From positions 2,022-66,021 of IMG/VR virus record IMGVR_UViG_3300022744_000001: a stretch of DNA of 64,000 nucleotides; one strand, given 5' to 3'. This DNA is from a virus. Of this stretch, positions 36,462 through 46,279 are shown in pieces. How positions within the stretch are numbered: the stretch's first letter is position 1; each line of letters opens with the position of its first letter. A model generated the notes under the pieces. That model was not told the DNA's origin and ran no database searches. It saw nothing but the letters and a program-made list of their open reading frames with translations. The translations under genes and the position numbers were made by a program.

Positions 36462-36956
36462 ATGATCAAGTACCTCAAGGGCGACGCTACCGAACCCCAG
36501 GGCGCCGGAACCAAGTTCATCATCCACGTGGTCAACGACCGAGGCGGTTGGGGCGCAGGTTTCGTTTTGGCCCTCTCCCGCAAGTGGAAGGGGCCCGAGC
36601 AGTCGTATCGGAAGTACAGCCCACTCACTCTCGGCCAGATTCAGGTGGTGCCCGTCGAGCGACATCCGGGAGGCGTCCCGTACCTCTACGTCGTGAATAT
36701 GTGTGCCCAAACGGGGTACGGCCGCGGCAACCGGAACCTCCACCGTACCAACGAACCCGACGACCAGATCCCGTTGCGGTACGACGCCCTCCAGACGTGT
36801 CTTGAGCAAGTTGCAGAAGAGGCCACTGTCCTCGGCGCTGCAATCCACGCTCCTCGGTTCGGGTGCGGGCTCGCCGGGGGAAAGTGGGAGCTTGTCGAGC
36901 CCATCATTCAAAGTGCCCTTGAAGACCTTCCCGTTTTCATCTACGACCTGCCGTGA
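36462..36956 (+). CDS. macro domain protein (ADP-ribose binding/processing)
   Basis: IIHVVNDRGGWGAGFVLAL and AIHAPRFGCGLAGGKWELVEPII resemble the Gly-rich loops of MacroD/Appr-1-pase macro domains. Confidence 0.65.
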   Translation: MIKYLKGDATEPQGAGTKFIIHVVNDRGGWGAGFVLALSRKWKGPEQSYRKYSPLTLGQIQVVPVERHPGGVPYLYVVNMCAQTGYGRGNRNLHRTNEPDDQIPLRYDALQTCLEQVAEEATVLGAAIHAPRFGCGLAGGKWELVEPIIQSALEDLPVFIYDLP

Positions 36957-37339
36957 TGGACACGAAAAAGCTCATGAAGCAGCTCATGGAGATGACCGAA
37001 GACTACATGCAAAAGCTGCTCTTCAAGTCGTGGTGCCTTCAGCAACGCGACGAACGGAAAGCACGCTTGGCTGCTGTTATGGAGCTTTCCGTGGAACTCG
37101 ACAAAATCCGACGGGTCAACCAGTTCGGCACAGGGTTGGCGGAGACGGTGCTCGAGAACATCATCCAAGGCGAATGGGAGCGAGCGCATGAAGGGGCTCA
37201 ACTCTTTCGCTTCAACGAAGAGAACCAAGAGTTGCGAAACCAGTTCGCGCCCCTTTGGAACAAGTTCGTTGTCTTGACCGAGGCAGCCTGCGTCTTGACT
37301 CGAGTACGGGAGCAAGTAGGGAGTGTGAAGCCGAGCTGA
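36953..37339 (+). CDS. hypothetical protein (128 aa)
   Basis: ATGA-coupled to the macro-domain gene. Confidence 0.45.
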   Translation: MMDTKKLMKQLMEMTEDYMQKLLFKSWCLQQRDERKARLAAVMELSVELDKIRRVNQFGTGLAETVLENIIQGEWERAHEGAQLFRFNEENQELRNQFAPLWNKFVVLTEAACVLTRVREQVGSVKPS

Positions 37340-37355
37340 TGGTGTACCCGCCCTC

Positions 37356-37838
37356 ATGCGACCTGCTACGCGAGAGGGTTGGAAGATCATCTCTATCACG
37401 GCTCACCGAACGTTGACCGGGCAAGACCGAACGTTCATCCGAGCTGGGATGAAGCTGCTGGTACAAAACCCCACCGTCGATGCGATCTACGTCGGGGGCG
37501 CTCGAGGGGGAGATACGATCGCGCTCCAAGCCGCCGCAGAGTTCCGAAAGGGCTCGAGGCCGCAGTTGGTTGTCGTCTGTCCCGACACAGAGGCGGCCCA
37601 ACCTTTTCAGGCCCGCCAATGGTTTCACTTGGCTGACGAGGTCATCGAGCTTGGAAACCCCATCACTCGAGAGGACGGCTTTGAGTCCTACCGCATCCGC
37701 AACAAGTACCTTGTTGATCACTGCACCACTCTCGTCGCCTTCTACAACGGAGACAAAGACACGGGCACCGGGCATGCCGTCCAGTATGCCGAGTCTCTCG
37801 GTGTTGTTGTCCGTACAGTCCCGATTGTCGGAAGGTAA
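37356..37838 (+). CDS. DprA/Smf-like SLOG Rossmann-fold protein (domain only)
   Basis: GGARGGDTIALQAA, LVVVCPD, RNKYLVDHCTTLVAF and GTGHAVQYAESLGV parallel DprA motifs. Confidence 0.6.
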   Translation: MRPATREGWKIISITAHRTLTGQDRTFIRAGMKLLVQNPTVDAIYVGGARGGDTIALQAAAEFRKGSRPQLVVVCPDTEAAQPFQARQWFHLADEVIELGNPITREDGFESYRIRNKYLVDHCTTLVAFYNGDKDTGTGHAVQYAESLGVVVRTVPIVGR

Positions 37839-37841
37839 AAC

Positions 37842-38243
37842 ATGCTCACAGCTATCCTGCTCCTCTGCATCGCCATCGTTGCCATGGTGGGCGTTCTGAT
37901 CTTCGAAACGGCCAACCTCCGAGGGGCGTTCCACGAGATGCAGAAAGCTCTCCAAGACGCCGTTCGAACGAGTGAAGAACTCGACGCGAAGGAGGACGAA
38001 GAGGGGGATCAGCTCGAGATTGAATGGCGAGACAGGTTCAACGAGATGCAAGACACGCTGAACCGCCTCGAGTTGAACCTGGGGCGGGTCAATCAGCGTG
38101 TGGCCCGGCTACAAGCCAAGTCAAAGGCGGGCAGCACGAAGAAGAAGGCCAAGTTCGACCTCATCCAAGGGGGCCAGAAGAACCCCCAAGAGGAGCGTCC
38201 GCAGGTGATTCAGCTTCACCCTGAGCCTCGAGACCCAAGCTGA
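37842..38243 (+). CDS. membrane-anchored coiled-coil protein (133 aa)
   Basis: N-terminal transmembrane helix LLLCIAIVAMVGVLIF followed by a charged helical region. Confidence 0.5.
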   Translation: MLTAILLLCIAIVAMVGVLIFETANLRGAFHEMQKALQDAVRTSEELDAKEDEEGDQLEIEWRDRFNEMQDTLNRLELNLGRVNQRVARLQAKSKAGSTKKKAKFDLIQGGQKNPQEERPQVIQLHPEPRDPS

Positions 38244-39036
38244 AAATCTTGCTCACTTGGGGGTTGCCGTAATCAGAATGCCCCGTGTAGACGGTGAGGT
38301 TTTCAAAATGCTTGTACTCCCCCGGTGAGTGCGTGTGCCCGCAGAGCACGGTGAACTTGACCTCGGGGAACAGGGACGCGACGTCCGCCAACATGGCGCC
38401 GAACGTGAGGTTCGTGAACCACGGGAGCCAGTTCTTGTCGGAGATGCGGTCCCGGTAAAAGCAGGACTCCCGAAAGGGCGGGATGTGCGTTGCAAAGAAA
38501 ACCTGCTTGTACTTCCGAGCCGCGGCGACGAGGTTCGGCCGAGCTTCCTCAGCCATTTGCTTGGCCACCTCCCTGCACTTTTCGATGTGCCCGTATCGCT
38601 CCTTGTCTCGAAACTCCTCGATGACCTTGAAGTCGTTCATGATGACGTTCGACCCTTCGGGGTCCCCCGAACGAGCGTCGTACCAACCCCCGTGGCCAAC
38701 GAGCGCGATTTCCGGAGTCAGCTCCACGACGCCCGCGGCGTTCAGCCAGGAGAGGTTCTTCACGGCTTGGCTGTCATGGAGAACCTGTGCGATCAGGCGA
38801 CCCTTCTCGAGAGAGCCGTTATAGAAGTCGTGGTTTCCGAGCACGAAATAAACGGGGATCTCAACCTTCGATGCGAACAAGACCAGGTTGAAGGCGAGTG
38901 AGGGGCACTCCGCGATATCCCCGGTCATCACGATGGCGTCCGCTTGGGTCAGTCTGCGAACGTACTTCGCGAACTTCGCGGTACCCGCGGGAGGTAGGAA
39001 ATTGAAATGGGGGTCCGTGATCCAGGCGAGGCGCAT
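38161..39036 (-). CDS. calcineurin-like metallophosphoesterase
   Basis: The motifs ITDPH, GDIAE, GNHD and CGHTH are present. Confidence 0.8.
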   Translation of the reverse strand: MRLAWITDPHFNFLPPAGTAKFAKYVRRLTQADAIVMTGDIAECPSLAFNLVLFASKVEIPVYFVLGNHDFYNGSLEKGRLIAQVLHDSQAVKNLSWLNAAGVVELTPEIALVGHGGWYDARSGDPEGSNVIMNDFKVIEEFRDKERYGHIEKCREVAKQMAEEARPNLVAAARKYKQVFFATHIPPFRESCFYRDRISDKNWLPWFTNLTFGAMLADVASLFPEVKFTVLCGHTHSPGEYKHFENLTVYTGHSDYGNPQVSKIFSLGLEAQGEAESPADAPLGGSSGPLG

Positions 39037-39055
39037 GGAAGCGGGTACACCGAGG

Positions 39056-39493
39056 TCAACGAACTCGAACCCACTTCACCGAAGGCCGCAGAGTGGAAAT
39101 CCTCATCGCTCGGTCTACGGGGTCCACCGCGGTGTGAACTCGAGCGTCCCCGTTCGAGCCCGGGTAGTAGTGGATCGTGACTGCCTTCTTTGGCTCGTGA
39201 GCCGGGAGTGCGGGAGGCGGTGTCCACTGGGGCTCGAGGGATTCGATGTGTTTCTGCACCAGGACCGCAACCCGCAAAAGCTCTTGCTTCGCTTGGTCCC
39301 CTCTGGTCGCGTCTGCGTACAGGGTTTTCAGGAGTTGACGAAAGCCAACCTTGAATTTAGCTTTGAGCCCGCCAAGCAGCTTTTCTGCTTGGGCTTTCGA
39401 CTCAGCCAAACGAACCATCTCAAAGTCCCGGGGGGACAGCCCAGAGGCACGCAAAAGCCCGATCACGACTTGAGGGTTTTCGCGCTCCAACAC
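39056..39493 (-). CDS. hypothetical protein (145 aa)
   Basis: Clean ORF. Confidence 0.45.
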   Translation of the reverse strand: MLERENPQVVIGLLRASGLSPRDFEMVRLAESKAQAEKLLGGLKAKFKVGFRQLLKTLYADATRGDQAKQELLRVAVLVQKHIESLEPQWTPPPALPAHEPKKAVTIHYYPGSNGDARVHTAVDPVDRAMRISTLRPSVKWVRVR

Positions 39494-39543
39494 AGGGCCT
39501 CCTAGTACGCCGGTGTATCAAGAGAAACCGCAGGACAAAGGAA

Positions 39544-40431
39544 ATGTTGCGCTACACCGACCAGACCCTGAACTGTCGTGATTGCCCCTCCACGTTCGTC
39601 TTCACCGCTGCTGAGCAAGAGCGGTTCGCCAAGACGACCACTGAAGATGGCTCTCCGCTCTCCCCTCCCAAACGCTGTGCCGAGTGTCGGCAGAAGAAGC
39701 GCGAGAGAAACAACCAGCAAGGGGCGGGGTCGGCGGATACCGGAACCCAGCCGGGGCAGGTGGGCAGCACTCGGCTTCGCGTCACCCGTCCAACGGCAAT
39801 GCCCGGACACAGGCTCCTGTCATCCAGTATCGCCGTGGGGTTGGGGACAGCGCTCCGCCCCGCCAACAAGGAATGTCCGAGAGTTTTTCGCAGGGCTACG
39901 GGCGCCAAGCAGCTCCTGACCGGGGTAAGAAGGTCCAAGGAGAGCGAAGAACTGATGCCTACTCGGAAAGGCGTTCGCGCAAGCGCAACGACTGGCAAGA
40001 TCAGGACCAAGACGGCTGACAAGATCGACACGTCAGAACACGACCTGGTCATCACCTTCCGCGGCGTTCGAGTCGTCGAAAGCGGCCCTTACAAAGGAAC
40101 CAAGTCCGTAGACCGGACCGAGGTCTACGTGAAGGGCAAGAAACTCGCTATGGTGTCGCGAATCGAGTTCGTGCACGGCGCCGGGGAGCCGCTACCTCAC
40201 GTGCAGTTCACGTTCAGCACCCTCGACCCACAACTCGTGAAGGCCAACCCAGCTATCAAAGAGCTGTACGAGCGGAACGTGGAGCCCGTTAAAAGCGTGC
40301 TGCCCTGGGCCTTCTACACGAGCCCAGTGGGCAACCGTGAGCCTGGCCAGGCATTGAACGTGCTCGACTTGGGGATGGTCAAACCTGCCGCCCCCGAGCC
40401 AACCAAGGAAAAGAAACGGCGCAAGAGATGA
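39544..40431 (+). CDS. hypothetical protein with N-terminal Cys cluster (295 aa)
   Basis: CRDCP...CAECR is followed by a basic region. Confidence 0.45.
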   Translation: MLRYTDQTLNCRDCPSTFVFTAAEQERFAKTTTEDGSPLSPPKRCAECRQKKRERNNQQGAGSADTGTQPGQVGSTRLRVTRPTAMPGHRLLSSSIAVGLGTALRPANKECPRVFRRATGAKQLLTGVRRSKESEELMPTRKGVRASATTGKIRTKTADKIDTSEHDLVITFRGVRVVESGPYKGTKSVDRTEVYVKGKKLAMVSRIEFVHGAGEPLPHVQFTFSTLDPQLVKANPAIKELYERNVEPVKSVLPWAFYTSPVGNREPGQALNVLDLGMVKPAAPEPTKEKKRRKR

Positions 40432-40830
40432 GGGTCAGTCCACGTCGTCAACCGGGCGCGGCCACACCAGGCGACCCATTTCCGAGCCGCAGGAGCTGCA
40501 CGCCCGAACCTCGTGCACAGCCCCGTCCACCGTCACCGGACGATGAGGTAGGGCGTTGAACTCGGTGCGAGAATACGGGAAACCACACTGACACAGCCGG
40601 TGGGCGATCGAGCGAAGACGTAGCGTTGCAGTACCCATATGGACCCTCCCTTCGATGAGTCCGTTCCATCTACTGGCAAATATAAGCCATGTTCCAAAAA
40701 ATGTGAAGTGGAAAATGTCGATTTCGCTTGACTAGCTTTTTCCGCTACGTCCTGCACACGCAGGGGAGGGGTTTTCTTCCAACTGGGTTGAGATTCGGAC
40801 CCTCTCGCGCGTTCTAGGGGTGAGGAGATT

Positions 40831-41199
40831 TTGATGTCACAGGAAACAGCAATCGAGACCCGCCCTTGTGAACTGTGCAAGGGGAGCGGAAGAAGGACCG
40901 GAACCAACCACCCGTGCTTGGTTTGCGATGGGATCGCCAGATTCCCGTCTTTCGATTCGGAGCGCATCCTGGGGCTCATCTTGACCCAAGGCCGCCTTAC
41001 GTCCGAGATTCATGCGATGACCGAGGACGAGACCTTGAACAGTCGGGCCTTTTTCGTCTGGGCGACCATCAGGAAACTCAAAGGGGTGTCCGACCCCATG
41101 GAACAAGTCCACGCCGGGCTCGCCATTACAGGGGACCCCTTCCGTACGGAGCTGGAAACTTTGGCTGGAGAGCTTTACACGAAAGAGGTTGCGGCGTGA
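40831..41199 (+). CDS. zinc-finger hypothetical protein (122 aa)
   Basis: The motif CELCKGSG...CLVCDG is present. Confidence 0.45.
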   Translation: MMSQETAIETRPCELCKGSGRRTGTNHPCLVCDGIARFPSFDSERILGLILTQGRLTSEIHAMTEDETLNSRAFFVWATIRKLKGVSDPMEQVHAGLAITGDPFRTELETLAGELYTKEVAA

Positions 41200-41840
41200 A
41201 CGCAGCACAGTACCTGGGCAAGCGGTGGGAGAAAACGTTGCAGGTGCTTCGGGTGCCTTCAGCCCCCGCCACCACGGCAATGATCTCAGAGATCCTTCAC
41301 CAGTACGCTGAGCCCGGCCGGGCCTACCACAACCTCGAGCACCTTCGCTTTTGCTTCACCGTGATAGACGACGTCATGGCGAAGCTCCCCGGCATCGGCG
41401 CCGTAGAACTCGCGCTCTGGTACCACGATTTCTTCTACGACACGCACGCTCAAGACAACGAGGAGCGAAGTGCTGCTCACGCTCGAGACCAACTCATTGG
41501 TTCTGGGTTCGGCCGCGGCTTCGCCAACCAAGTCGAAAACCTGATCCTCGCCACGAAGCACTCGAACGAGCCGAAGACACGGGAAGCCAAAGTCCTGCTC
41601 GACGTGGACATCTCCATTTTCAGCGCGACCACAGAAGAGTACGACGCCTACGAGACCGGGATTCGTCGCGAATACCACTGGGTCCCTGAAGAACAGTTCC
41701 GGGCCCGCCGTGTTGAAGTGCTCGAGCGCTTCCTGTCTCGGCAGTGGATTTATGCTACGCCCGAGTTCAGAAGCGGGCCGTACGAGACGCTCGCTCGAGC
41801 CAACCTCACGCGCGCCATTGCGGCACTGAAGGCCCCATGA
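41196..41840 (+). CDS. HD-domain metal-dependent phosphohydrolase-like protein
   Basis: A GTG start overlaps the upstream stop codon. The motifs HNLEH...WYHD...D are present. Confidence 0.55.
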   Translation: MNAAQYLGKRWEKTLQVLRVPSAPATTAMISEILHQYAEPGRAYHNLEHLRFCFTVIDDVMAKLPGIGAVELALWYHDFFYDTHAQDNEERSAAHARDQLIGSGFGRGFANQVENLILATKHSNEPKTREAKVLLDVDISIFSATTEEYDAYETGIRREYHWVPEEQFRARRVEVLERFLSRQWIYATPEFRSGPYETLARANLTRAIAALKAP

Positions 41841-41981
41841 ACAGCCCTTTGTTCAAGCACTCCGCGAAATACTGCACTCACTGCCAGAAAAACTCGAGGG
41901 AGCAGGTTCACTACCAGCGAGGCTTCAACAAGGGTGTGCACTGGCAATGCAAGATCTGTGGGAGAAAGTCCGTGCGTTGCT

Positions 41982-43628
41982 CTAAGTGAATCGGTGCCCG
42001 CCGGACTCCTTGGAGTCGTACATGGCGGCATCCGCGATCCGTACAAGGCTCTCAGGCTCACGCCCGTGCGTTGGGAACAAGGCCAGACCGATGCTGGCGC
42101 GAACCCCAACCTCTTCTCCGGAGGGCAGCTCGATAGGCTCCCCTACCAAGTTGAGGATCTTCGTCGCCACTGGGCCTGCATCGCCTTCTTGCGCAAGGTC
42201 GTCCAGCACAACGACGTACTCGTCGCCCCCTAGTCTGGCCACGACGTCGGTTCTTCGCACGCAAGCTCGGAGCCGGGCCGCGACCTCCTTGAGCACGATG
42301 TCTCCAGCGTCATGGCCGTGAGTGTCATTGACCTCTTTGAAGCCGTCGAGGTCGATGAACAGGACTGCGAGCTTGCTGTCGTACTGCTCTGCTCGAGCGA
42401 GCTTCGAAGCCAACGTGTTCATCAGCGTCGCCCGGTTCTGGAGCCCCGTGAGCGGGTCAGTATGGGCTGCTTTGATGAGGGCTGCCTCGGTCCTCTTTCG
42501 CTCAGTTACGTCACGGGCCACAACATAGAGCTTCCCCTCCACGTGAGCAGGGAAGTGCCAGGAGAGCCATCGCCACGTCCCATCTTTGCACCGGGCCCTG
42601 CACTCGAACTTCACCCCGTCGTAACCGCTGGCGAGCTTTGAGAGCTGCTCCTGCATGTCCATCCGGTCATCCGGGTGGAGCAGGTCGAAGATGGGGCGGC
42701 AAAGCAGCTCGTCCTCGGAGAAGCCCAGGACGCGAGTGAACGAGGGGTTCACTCGGATGAAGTAGCCGTCAAGCCGTGCGACACAGATGAGGTCAAGGCT
42801 CACGGTGAAGAGTCGATCGCGCTCTTCCTCGGCTCGTTTGCGGTCCGTGACGTCGGTGGCGGCCCAAAGGTAGCCAACGAGGTCTCCGGTGTCTTCTCGC
42901 ATGACCACCGTCTTCGCGCTGACCCAGAGAATGGATCCGTCGGGCCGAAGAAATCGGAACTCATGCTCGAACGAGAGGCCGAGGTCTGTGAGCCGCCGCC
43001 ACGCCATCATGACCGCTCGTCGGTCGTCTGGGTGCACAGCTCGAGTCCAGCCTTGCCCGTAGCACTCCTCGAGAGACAGGCCGCACATCTCCGACCAGGT
43101 TCGGTTCACAAACCCGCACCGGCCATGCTCGTTGGTCATGAGGGTGCCCGCGGGGGTCTCGTGGATGAACGCTCGGAGCTTGCTCTCGCTCTCGCGAAGG
43201 GCCCGCTCCATGTTCTTGGTGGCAGAGATGTCCCGGAAGGTGAGTAGAGCCCCGTGCGGTTTCTGCCCAGGCTTCTGAAGCGGGCGCGTGTTCGTGCTGA
43301 CCCAAACGGCAGTCCCATTCGGGCGAGCAACCTCCAGCACAACACTCGAGAGGGCGATGCCCGTGCGCAGGGACACTACGGCCGGGTGGTCATCCTTCGA
43401 AAGGAGAGACCCGTCCTCGCATGAAATACGAGGCGCATCGGACATATACTTTCCGATCAGGTCCTTCTCTGTAACCCCGAGGATCCGGGCCGCACAAGGG
43501 TTCGCCTCAACGATCTGTTCGGTTGCATCGATGACGAAGACCCCCTCCTCCATTGATTCGATCAAGGAGCGGTAGAATGCCTCATCTAACTGCAATCCCG
43601 CACTTTTGGTTACGTCTGAGTTCGGCAT
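41982..43628 (-). CDS. PAS-PAS-PAS-GGDEF diguanylate cyclase-like protein (GGDEY variant)
   Basis: Three PAS-like blocks are followed by LFIDLDGFKEVND and RLGGDEYVVVL. The gene ends on TAG. Confidence 0.8.
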   Translation of the reverse strand: MPNSDVTKSAGLQLDEAFYRSLIESMEEGVFVIDATEQIVEANPCAARILGVTEKDLIGKYMSDAPRISCEDGSLLSKDDHPAVVSLRTGIALSSVVLEVARPNGTAVWVSTNTRPLQKPGQKPHGALLTFRDISATKNMERALRESESKLRAFIHETPAGTLMTNEHGRCGFVNRTWSEMCGLSLEECYGQGWTRAVHPDDRRAVMMAWRRLTDLGLSFEHEFRFLRPDGSILWVSAKTVVMREDTGDLVGYLWAATDVTDRKRAEEERDRLFTVSLDLICVARLDGYFIRVNPSFTRVLGFSEDELLCRPIFDLLHPDDRMDMQEQLSKLASGYDGVKFECRARCKDGTWRWLSWHFPAHVEGKLYVVARDVTERKRTEAALIKAAHTDPLTGLQNRATLMNTLASKLARAEQYDSKLAVLFIDLDGFKEVNDTHGHDAGDIVLKEVAARLRACVRRTDVVARLGGDEYVVVLDDLAQEGDAGPVATKILNLVGEPIELPSGEEVGVRASIGLALFPTHGREPESLVRIADAAMYDSKESGGHRFT

Positions 43629-43679
43629 GCACCTACTGTCCCCACGGATGGAGCCATTTTAGCGGTGCAAAAGAAGGTT

Positions 43680-44135
43680 CTAGGCGGCGGTTTCCCACAT
43701 TAGAGTGTAGCGGAGCCGATAGCCTTTTCCGCGGACGTATTCGATCTGCCCTTCCTGAACTTGCGCTCGTAGCGCTTGCCGGAGGTAGTGCAGGAAGACT
43801 TCCCGATGTTCTACAGCTAACGTCCCGTCTTGAACGGCCCGATCAACCAAGGTTTTGGCCTCGTACGAGGGGTACGTGCCATCCGTTGCCTTGCGCCGCA
43901 GGAAAGCGATGAAACGCCACGCTTTTTGGTACGCTTGCGTCTTGATTTTTTCGCGGGACTGTCGAGGAGAAGGGCGGGGAGCGCGAGATTCCGCGTAGGA
44001 GGCGAACATAAGCGACTCGAGCACCTTATGTTCCTTGATAAGTTTCACAGCTGCTACCGCTGCGTTACGCCCCTCTTCCCCGCTGGTGGATTCGGTCAGG
44101 TCGATAAGCTTCTGGATCTTTTCCAGGATGTTCAC
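43680..44135 (-). CDS. hypothetical protein (151 aa)
   Basis: Clean ORF. Confidence 0.5.
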   Translation of the reverse strand: MNILEKIQKLIDLTESTSGEEGRNAAVAAVKLIKEHKVLESLMFASYAESRAPRPSPRQSREKIKTQAYQKAWRFIAFLRRKATDGTYPSYEAKTLVDRAVQDGTLAVEHREVFLHYLRQALRAQVQEGQIEYVRGKGYRLRYTLMWETAA

Positions 44136-44475
44136 GTCTGTCCCCCAATTTTCGCAACGATCCCCTTACAGCCGCTGCGAGGCCATACGCAATACACCAT
44201 GTTGGCCAGCCGTCACCATTTTTCCGCGGCCTTTGTTGCGCTTTTGTTCTAAACCGTTGAAACCAAACGGTTTTGAACGAGTCACAACACGATTGAACAG
44301 GGCGGCCAGGCGTTTTTGGTGTTTTCCCTTTCGTTGCTGCTACTTACAGTGGTTTTCCACAGCTTATCGTACCATGTGGGATTATACCGATACGCGAAAA
44401 AGGGCCTGTGTCAGGATCATTTCGAGTGTGTCCCTTTGGACACACCCGTTTCAACAATTCCCTAATCATTCCAAT

Positions 44476-45090
44476 ATGGAGGCTATGCCGCAGAGCCTCG
44501 ATTGGACGCCCGTTTTTTCCCCGCCGCCCGAGCCCATTTCGGTTCGGTTGAAGGTGCCGTGGCTGGTTCAGCTCGGTGCGAAGTGTCCTGGTTGTGGGGT
44601 GCCCGTTTCCAATTTGGGCTCGATCACGCACGAGTGCGGCGAGGTTCTGGAGGTCGTCGATTCCGCTCCGGCCCTGGTGCTGTTGGTCAGGTATCCCGCG
44701 GGGTATCTCGTGGTGAGATCCGACCGTTGGGACAGGTATCTCATCAAAGTGCCATGCACGAGCCCTATCGAAGGTGACTCGCGGGTGCCGCTCAGCACTT
44801 TGCATGGCGAGCCTTGGGTTATTTGGGATCGCACTGGAACGAAAGAACCGCACTGGGAGCGAGCACACCACTGCCCTGAATGCGGAAAAGCCCACGACCA
44901 CCCGATCTCGGACACCGTGTTCAGGTGTGAATGTCGTACGAGGTTACTCCCCTTGCCCGCGGAAATCATTGTTGGATTTACCCCCGCAGACGTTGTGGGA
45001 AAACTGTGGGATGAACGCGCCCTCGTGGTCAAACATCGAGGGCGACACCTTTTGTGGTCCATGTTGAACTTCCCCCGTCCAGAGGTGTAG
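44476..45090 (+). CDS. Cys-rich (zinc-ribbon) hypothetical protein
   Basis: Internal ATG placed after a structured intergenic region. CPGCG and CPECG pairs are present. Confidence 0.45.
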   Translation: MEAMPQSLDWTPVFSPPPEPISVRLKVPWLVQLGAKCPGCGVPVSNLGSITHECGEVLEVVDSAPALVLLVRYPAGYLVVRSDRWDRYLIKVPCTSPIEGDSRVPLSTLHGEPWVIWDRTGTKEPHWERAHHCPECGKAHDHPISDTVFRCECRTRLLPLPAEIIVGFTPADVVGKLWDERALVVKHRGRHLLWSMLNFPRPEV

Positions 45091-45097
45091 TCCAGTT

Positions 45098-45340
45098 GTG
45101 ACCTGTCAGCGGTGCAGCTCAGCTCGAGTAGCGTTCATGGTTGCCACCACGACGGGGGTCCGGTTCACCCAAGTAGGCGAATCCTTCGCTGAGGTCGTTC
45201 CTCACGGCATGGGCATCACGGATATGGGGGACTCGCTCCGGATGCGCTGGTGCCTTGACTGCGGTCAAATTCAAGGGCAGTGGCCGGTCAAACGAACGCC
45301 GCTCGAGCCGCCGCCCTTGAAACGCCCTCACTCGAAATAG
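45098..45340 (+). CDS. small zinc-ribbon protein (80 aa)
   Basis: The motif CQRC...CLDCG is present. Confidence 0.35.
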   Translation: MTCQRCSSARVAFMVATTTGVRFTQVGESFAEVVPHGMGITDMGDSLRMRWCLDCGQIQGQWPVKRTPLEPPPLKRPHSK

Positions 45341-45774
45341 GCGACAATCTTCGACATATGGATGGGCCCTGGGAGGCCCTCCCCGTTTACTCGAACCACC
45401 CTCCAAGCCTTGATCCCAGAGGCGGTCGCTTTCTCACTGAAAGACTGAGCGGCGGCTCGAGCGGTGTTGGCCCCAACAGCGAGGGCAACTGCGCCGAGGG
45501 TAAGGGCTCCGAGAAATCCCCTTCGTGTAAGGGCTGTGGTTTGACGAGCTTGGATTTTCATACCGCCTCTTTCGCAGCAAAGGACTATAGCCGGAGAAAC
45601 TTGCGCCGCTCTTTGAGTCTCGACCTCCACAGGTCGAACTTCAACTTGCCATCGTCCCTCTTTTGCACAAGAAGGCGCTCAACGCCAGCGCCGACGAGAA
45701 GACTCGCAAACATCCAAGCCACGAGATCCATGGTTTCCCATACACCGCAGTTCCTTTGCTGGAACTGCTTAGGC

Positions 45775-46239
45775 ATGCAGATCTGGTTTGGTATCGGTGA
45801 CCACGAGGTTCAAATTAGCCTGCACGGCCCCGGGCTCAGGCTGTCCTTGGCCAAACCCGGACTCCTCGAGCAGGACGGGTGCTCCATTCTCCCCGATGCT
45901 GAAATTGAAGAGGGGTGGGAGTATGAGATTCGACCCATTGATCGGGGCTACCTCACTGAGGTGAACTCGCGAGGCTGGGCGTACGAGGCAAGCTATCTCT
46001 GGGTCAACCCCAACACGCAAGTCCCGGAGTTGGCTGAGACTCGGCTGGTCCTCTGCCGAGAAGAGGATGCTAGCTGGGGCCTCTACATCTACCCGGAAGG
46101 CGGCACAGACCTGGTGCTTGCGCTTCCCCTCGCAGTGGCTGAGACATTGGAAGCAGTGTTCCGGTCTTACCCCGCACCTCATGGCTTCGTTCCTGTGCTC
46201 ATTCCAGGGGGCGCATCGGAAGATGGGGCGGCCCCATAA
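45775..46239 (+). CDS. hypothetical protein (154 aa)
   Basis: Internal ATG of a longer ORF. The protein is acidic. Confidence 0.45.
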   Translation: MQIWFGIGDHEVQISLHGPGLRLSLAKPGLLEQDGCSILPDAEIEEGWEYEIRPIDRGYLTEVNSRGWAYEASYLWVNPNTQVPELAETRLVLCREEDASWGLYIYPEGGTDLVLALPLAVAETLEAVFRSYPAPHGFVPVLIPGGASEDGAAP

Positions 46240-46279
46240 TTCGACCTGGCCTCGGTCGAAGTTTGGGGTAGGTAGCGGC

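Noticed and set aside
45328-45630. Minus-strand ORF with a twin-arginine (TAT) signal-like segment RRGFLGALTLGAVALAVGANTARA
   Set aside because: It is reasonably signal-peptide-like but lies antisense within a longer plus-strand ORF region of uncertain status, and the start codon context is poor. It is noted only as a possible small secreted protein.
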